A stretch of DNA of 63,786 nt, counting the filler, from Intoshia linei (taxonomy: Eukaryota; Animalia; Orthonectida), in the NCBI GenBank assembly GCA_001642005.1. It is 7 parts of 7 records of this genome, joined end to end, with 100 filler letters (N's around TTAATTAATTAA, not from the genome) between each part and the next. Parts side by side here need not be neighbours in the genome. Positions count along the whole stretch, not along the records: positions 53,009 to 61,589 come from LWCA01001440.1; positions 61,690 to 63,786 come from LWCA01002412.1; 5 more parts are not named here. One strand, written 5' to 3'. Positions 57,733 through 63,786 of the stretch are shown in pieces; the first letter of the stretch is position 1; every line of letters begins with the position of its first letter. Position numbers and translations under genes: made by a program. A model generated the notes under the pieces. The model saw nothing but the letters and a program-made list of their open reading frames with translations. It was not told the origin of the DNA and did not search any database.

Positions 57733-58125
57733 GTTTATCTACTACAATATAATAATTTTAATATTGGGATTTACTTTTAAAATTAAAATTTACTTACGTA
57801 TATACCTGTGTATTATAGATATGCAGTGGGTACAGGGAAAAAATGTAATAAAAAATTAGCAATGATAAGTACATTTTTTAAGTATGGTATTTTTTCTTAC
57901 AGTAATTTCTGTTAACGCAGTAGCGTATGGGACCCAGTTAAAAATTAATATTTTTTATTTACTTGTTAATTAATTATTAAAATATTGGATAATATGTAGT
58001 ATTCATTGTACAGCAGCCATGTCAAACTCAAATTCGAAGCGGGCCGCATCATAAAATTTTTTCTAACATAACCCTTGGAAATCATTGTGTAATACACAAT
58101 GTGTATTTGAAAGTGTGGTCTTGGT

Positions 58126-58454
58126 CAGGGATGTCAATTTTGCGGCCCCCAATTGTCGAATGTGTTACAATATAAATTTTATTTTTATAACAATTTTTTA
58201 AACATATTTCTTTTTTTAAACTTTTTTCATATATTTTTCATAATTTATTTATTCATGATTACAATCTTAACATTATTTGTAGACTTATTCCGTTATTATT
58301 GGTTCTTATTTCATTTTATAAATTAAAATTAGTATAAATTAATTAAATCTATTTGTCTTAAACTGATGTTTTTAGTAAAGATTTTTTTGTCGGCCCGCGT
58401 AATAATTTTTTTTTCACATTTGGCCCACCAAGCAAATTGAGTCTAATACCCCTG
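58126..58454. mobile_element. hAT MITE
   Basis: CAGGG...CCCCTG termini; TSD gtcttggt / gtcttggc. Confidence 0.7.
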
Positions 58455-59474
58455 GTCTTGGCGTTATCAAAAAATTTTTAGAAATAATTCTACATTTTGT
58501 TAATAATGCAATTATACAGATCGAAACCACTATTTTTTCAATTTTAACCTATTAATAATATGCGCCATAGCCTACGAAGTTACCGAAATTTTTTAATTTT
58601 AACAAGTTCATTGTCAAAAAAATTTCAAAAATACTGATTTAAATAAGAACTGGAAACTATCTTGTTAATATCAGCAATAAGTGCTTTATTTATTCATCGA
58701 TTTACAGTAGATGACTTTTCGTCGTCATTATTTTGTAATAATTCAATCCTAGAAATTAGAAATGAAATATTTTTTTTAATACTTTTGTGTCCATTGCGTA
58801 ACATTTATTTATATATATTAACGTCCAAGTGATAAACCTTGAATTATTATTTGATATGACTATCATGTATTTTTACAAATTTAGAAGTAAGTGTTAACTA
58901 TTATAATTATATCATTTATATACGTAAATGTGATCTTCTCGTAATTTAGTTCTGATAATCATGATACACAATTAATTTTGGAATATTTAATAATATAAAT
59001 ATTACATTATACAGTAATACATATTAATACAGTAAAACCTTCGTTATTCGCCCGGTTAATTTATATTTATATAGTACTAATATAGTAAATTTCTGTAATT
59101 CGCCCGATTCCGTTATTCCCTAAAATTTTTTATATTTTTTTATATTTTTCATAGTAAATTTTTATTTTTAAAGCCATTGAATATAACCGTCAACTAATAT
59201 TATAGTTATATTTAACCTTAATCGTGTGTCCTGTATTGTTGCATTAATTAAATAACTAAAATAACCAACTTTGATTATAGTCAGTTATTATTATAATTCT
59301 ATTTTAATTCTAAATTGATTTGTCATAGAAACTAGTATACTTTCACAAATCGACTTCAAATAATTTGAAATGAAGTAAAGTATAATCTTCCTTATTAATA
59401 ATATATTGGCGAATATAGTCGCCTGATATGTACAATCTCCATTTATGGTGAATAACGGAAACATTTATATTGTA

Positions 59475-60980
59475 CTAGCTTGGCTGTTTTGTACTATGTA
59501 CAAATAGCACCTAGCTCTGCCAAGGACACTCTTTTATTATACCAAAAAAATATTTTCACGTTGAAAATCTAACTTAAAAATCCTACTATTCACCATTATC
59601 AATCCTTTAAAGGAGTGGTTCCCAAATTTGTTTCAGGTGGAACCGTCATATCACATTACTTTTTACTTTAAAGTAAATTATTCCATCTTAATTTTATTGG
59701 TTAACATTTGCGTAATAAATTTTAAAAACAATTATTATCTCATTTTTTTAATTTATTAGACAGAATGTGTGTATAATATTAAAAATAAAGTAAAAACAGT
59801 CCAATCCTAAAAATTGTCATAAATAGCATAAATTCCAAAAAAATAAAATTATAATCCAAAAAATGGCATAAATAGCATAAATTTCAGAAAAAATAAAATT
59901 ATAAAAACCTATTTTGTCATTTTCAATGTGATGATATACATTTAAAACCAATTTAATAAATACTTAAAAATACCAATTGTGTATCAATAATTAATTAAAT
60001 AATTAATTTTACCATTATTGCAAAGGATTGTAATATAAAAATGATTGATGTTAAAAATGTGTCCATACTTTGGCCTTTTTTCTTGTGAATGTTACTTTTC
60101 TTTTTAGCATTTTCAAATTAAGTTAAATTAAGTTAGTATTAAAACTTTTATAAATTCGTTGCCGTAGATGTTGTTCAAAATGTTTGGAAAATGAAAATTC
60201 AACAATTGCGTAGCAATGAAATTTCTCAAGTAGATTTTCACCCATATGTCTTGACTGGAAATGTGTAGACGTACAATCCATATTTTTTTTTTTGAAATTG
60301 TAGGATCAATATTTACATTTTTGATTTTAATCGAAATATTTGAAAAATACTGGTTCATAATATATTAAAAATTATTTTTCACCGGGAATGCGTAGGTTTC
60401 TGGGGTTGAAATTTTGTATTTATATCAACTGGATTAAGCTCTATCAGAATAATCCTTTTTTTAAATTTTTGGACCGTTAATTATTTCACATTTTTGGTTT
60501 TAATAAAATATTTCGGAAAAAAAAATATATGAATACTAAAATGCTTTTTTGACCGTGAAGTCGTCACTTATCAGATTTAAATTTTTTGTTATGAGCATAA
60601 TACAAATCTACCATCTGTAAATTTTTTGAAATTTTAGGGCTGTTTTTCAAAAAAAAAAAAGAATTTGGGTTTTGGCCATGAAGATATAATTTTTTTAAAT
60701 TTAAATTTATGATAATGTTTATGATTTTAAAATCCACATCAGCGTATATATTTTTTTAAATTCTCCAATTCGTTTCATTTTCAAAAAGAGGGACAACAGG
60801 GGTTTTTGACCCTTAAGATGTAAAATTGGGAAGTTGAAATTTATCTTATTATACGTCCCGGAAAAAACTGTAAGTGAAATGTGGTGTTTAAAAAATTCTA
60901 AGAGTGCTAGTTATTTCAATAAAGTAGGACACACACACACAGACAAACAAAAATAGCGTCGCATTTTATATAAGTTAAGA
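59475..60980 (-). mobile_element. Full-length non-autonomous Helitron (about 1.5 kb)
   Basis: Minus strand reads A|TC...hairpin...CTAG|T and is collinear with 26163-28211. Confidence 0.88.
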
Positions 60981-61111
60981 TATTATTAGTATTAAAAATA
61001 ACGTATGGGGAATTAATTCAGCAACTTTTTAAAACGCGTATATATTAATGACCAATCTAATTTTTATAAATTAAGTTATAACATTTTAAACTTACATATT
61101 TAATTACTATT

Positions 61112-61589
61112 TTACATTGGAAAATAATCCATTACGCCTTCCTTGGTCGCAGAAACTCTAAATTTTCGACTAAAACCGAGAGTGATGCATTTTAGAAGGG
61201 TGTCACGGTTTTTTATCACTGAATGGATTTTCTCCTCCAATTCGTCGGCATTTTTTGGATTGAACTTATTCTTGAATACTTCACGCTTGATAATTGCGAG
61301 AGCATTTTCAATTGGTCGAAACTGGGGTACATTTGTAGGGTTATCTTTGTAGGGTACAAGCTTAATTTTTTTGTTTTGCAAATACAATTTTACACTCTTG
61401 GCATAATGACAGCTCGCTTTATCAGGCCAAAACAGAGCACTTCTAATTTCACAATTGTTTTCTATCCATTTAATCATTTTCCTTTAAAGGCATTGTTCCT
61501 TGTATAATTTCTGGTTGATTGCAAGCCCTTGACGCCACGTGTAATATGGTGACACTCCAAAATCTGAGATGGCATACCACAACCCTACT
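61112..61589 (-). mobile_element. Tc1/mariner DD37E-type transposase, C-terminal part
   Basis: FWPD-KASCHYA...NPTNVPQFRPI-E has 37 residues between the D and E. Confidence 0.85.
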
Positions 61590-61689
61590 NNNNNNNNNNN
61601 NNNNNNNNNNNNNNNNNNNNNNNNNNNNNNNNNTTAATTAATTAANNNNNNNNNNNNNNNNNNNNNNNNNNNNNNNNNNNNNNNNNNNN

Positions 61690-63490
61690 TTTATTGTACG
61701 AAGACGGTCACGAATTGTTCGATTTAGTCGTTCTACTAAACCCCCGTACATGTGTGTCGATACGGTTCACCAAACTGGTTTTGGTATTCCATATCGAGTG
61801 ATAATATGTTATATGATCTTTTGAGCGGTAGACTCCACTGTAGTATCTGCTAAAGGTATAACCTTGGGCCAATTTGTATGAGAATCAATCATAGTTAGAA
61901 TGTATCGGTTACCTGAATCGGTGGTTGGAAGTGGTCCTAAAAAATCTAATTCCCAACTTTAATTAAACTTTTCAGTATTGGATTGTTGAAGGGGCTTATT
62001 TCTTAATCGTTTTCCAGATTTTCCTTAATTGCAATCATTACATTCTAATATTTTCTTTTTTATATTTTGGTACATATTTGGCCAGATATAGTGACGTTTT
62101 ATATTTTTTATCGTATTATTTATGCCAGGATGTGAAGCTGTGACTGATTAATGAAAAATATTTATAATTTCCAAAATTTTATTTTGAGGTACGATTATTC
62201 TCTTATCATTAAGCTTGTTGGCATGTATTAAAGTGTTCTTTTCAATTTTAGCATTTTTTAGAAAATGATGATATCTATTATTTGTGGAAATTTTTGTATT
62301 TGGATCTATTAGTACAATGCAATCGCGCTAAGCGCAAGTGAAAATTATTTCACTTTGGCGATAAATAATATTTTTTTCCCAATATTTAAAATCGAAATTT
62401 TTTCAAAGCCCACCAGATGGCCATTAATTCTAAATCCACTGCGGTATATTTTGCTTGCGTATCATTCAATTTTTTTGATATATAAGCTATGGATTTTCCA
62501 TTTTGAAAAAGTACTGCACCTAAACCTTGTGACGCATCCGTTTCTATATAAAACTCTTGTGTGAAATCAGGAATTGCTAATACATGTGGATTACAGATGA
62601 TAGATTTTAATTCATTTAATAGACTCACATTCTTCGTTCCATTTTAGATTTTTGTTTTTTATTTGATTATATAGTATGCTTGCTATTGAATTATAGTTTG
62701 GTATAAATTTTTGCAAATAGGCGAAAATTTCTAACGTAACTGTTTAACTGTTGTTGGCGAGGGTATATTCCGAATGGTTGATGTTTTTTCAGGGTCAGCT
62801 TTAATTCCATTTTTACTGATTATGTGTCATAAGAATTTCACTATTTTTGCACTGATTATAGATTTTTTGGAGTTTAGCTTTAAACCAGCTTTCGAAATAG
62901 CTTCTAAAGTTTGTTTTAAGTTAAAAATACTCGTATTCTGTCGTAAATGCAGTTTTGTATCTATCGTTTATATTCAGTGGAATCTGCCAGTACCCCGATT
63001 GTAGATCTAAAGTGGTGAATACTGTTTGTTGACTGAGAGAATTCAAAATATTTTCTACAATAGCATGAGGATAGCTATCACTATGAGTAATTTTGTTAAT
63101 GTCTCGAAAATCACGAAAAAATCGATAAGAACCATTTTTTTTTTCTTTAGAAAATGTATAATTCGACAAGTGCTTTTTGATGGTTCGATTTGTTTAGCAG
63201 CGATCATTTCTTGAATTAAAGCGTGTTCAGCAGGTTGAATATGTTTTGGAGTAGAATAGTTTCTAGCTATGGGGTGTTTTGCACCCTCTATGAAATGGAA
63301 TTTCATGATTTATCAAGGATGTTAATCCAGGTTTTGTATTAAATGCATTTGAATTTTCCACAATTTTTTTATATTTGTTGATTAGAATGTGAGGTAAAAT
63401 CTTTCGAGTATAAATAAATCCTAAATCAATTGAATCATTTAATCCTAATATATTATCAGTATTTATTGTTAAATTGAAGTTTCTCAACAG
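61690..63490 (-). mobile_element. Degenerate Ty3/gypsy LTR-retrotransposon pol (RT-RNaseH-integrase)
   Basis: DFRDINK, FTTLDLQSGYWQIPL..DRYKTAF, PDFTQEFYIETDAS.GLGAVL, HPGIN...YIWPNM and DFLGPLP motifs, in gypsy domain order, with many frameshifts. Confidence 0.92.
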
Positions 63491-63786
63491 AATCTAAATA
63501 ATGATCAAATCAGCATCTATGCTTCGCTACAATGTACGATTGTGCATTTTTTGAAACTAATAATATAAGAATTGATCAATGGTAACCAATTTGAAATTAA
63601 TTTTGAAAAAATTTTTCATATAACACGAATATATATTTATTTTTTTGAAATTTTGTGATTTTAATTTTACAGCATTTTAATATTTTTCAATAATTGACTT
63701 TCTAAATATTATAATGTACATATGATTAGATTTATTGTTTTGTAATGCATACAAACGTGGATAGCTCGATTGAGGCCTCATATTTT

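Overview
Very AT-rich eukaryotic (metazoan) genomic DNA, not prokaryotic. The window is seven contigs joined by artificial 100-nt spacers (N44-TTAATTAATTAA-N44). Genes mix tiny (about 30-50 nt) GT-AG introns with kb-sized, transposon-filled introns, which suggests a reduced parasitic animal such as an orthonectid (inference). Manual splicing supports ADAM10/Kuzbanian (3' part), a lamin/intermediate filament (5' part), Greatwall/MASTL kinase (3' part), PWP2, a dynein heavy chain C-terminus, riboflavin kinase, a lysosomal-acid-phosphatase-like gene, an ABCG pseudogene fragment, ABCC/MRP (partial), ABCF3, VPS36 and kazrin. Several of these are largely invisible in the ORF track. Mobile DNA is abundant: a non-autonomous Helitron family (about 10 pieces), hAT MITEs with 8-bp TSDs, CACT-ended MITEs with TWA TSDs, Tigger/pogo, Tc1 (including DD37E), Buster-type hAT and Ty3/gypsy remnants, plus a 128-bp tandem array. 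The most notable signals are (1) a frame-preserving AT-AC (U12-type) intron in ADAM10, (2) an intact acid-phosphatase-family gene with both catalytic motifs replaced (RHG to KNG, HD to NE), i.e. a candidate pseudoenzyme, (3) a satellite with dimeric higher-order structure fused to an ABCG pseudogene, and (4) precisely reconstructable nested transposon insertions. I see no convincing multi-gene novel system.
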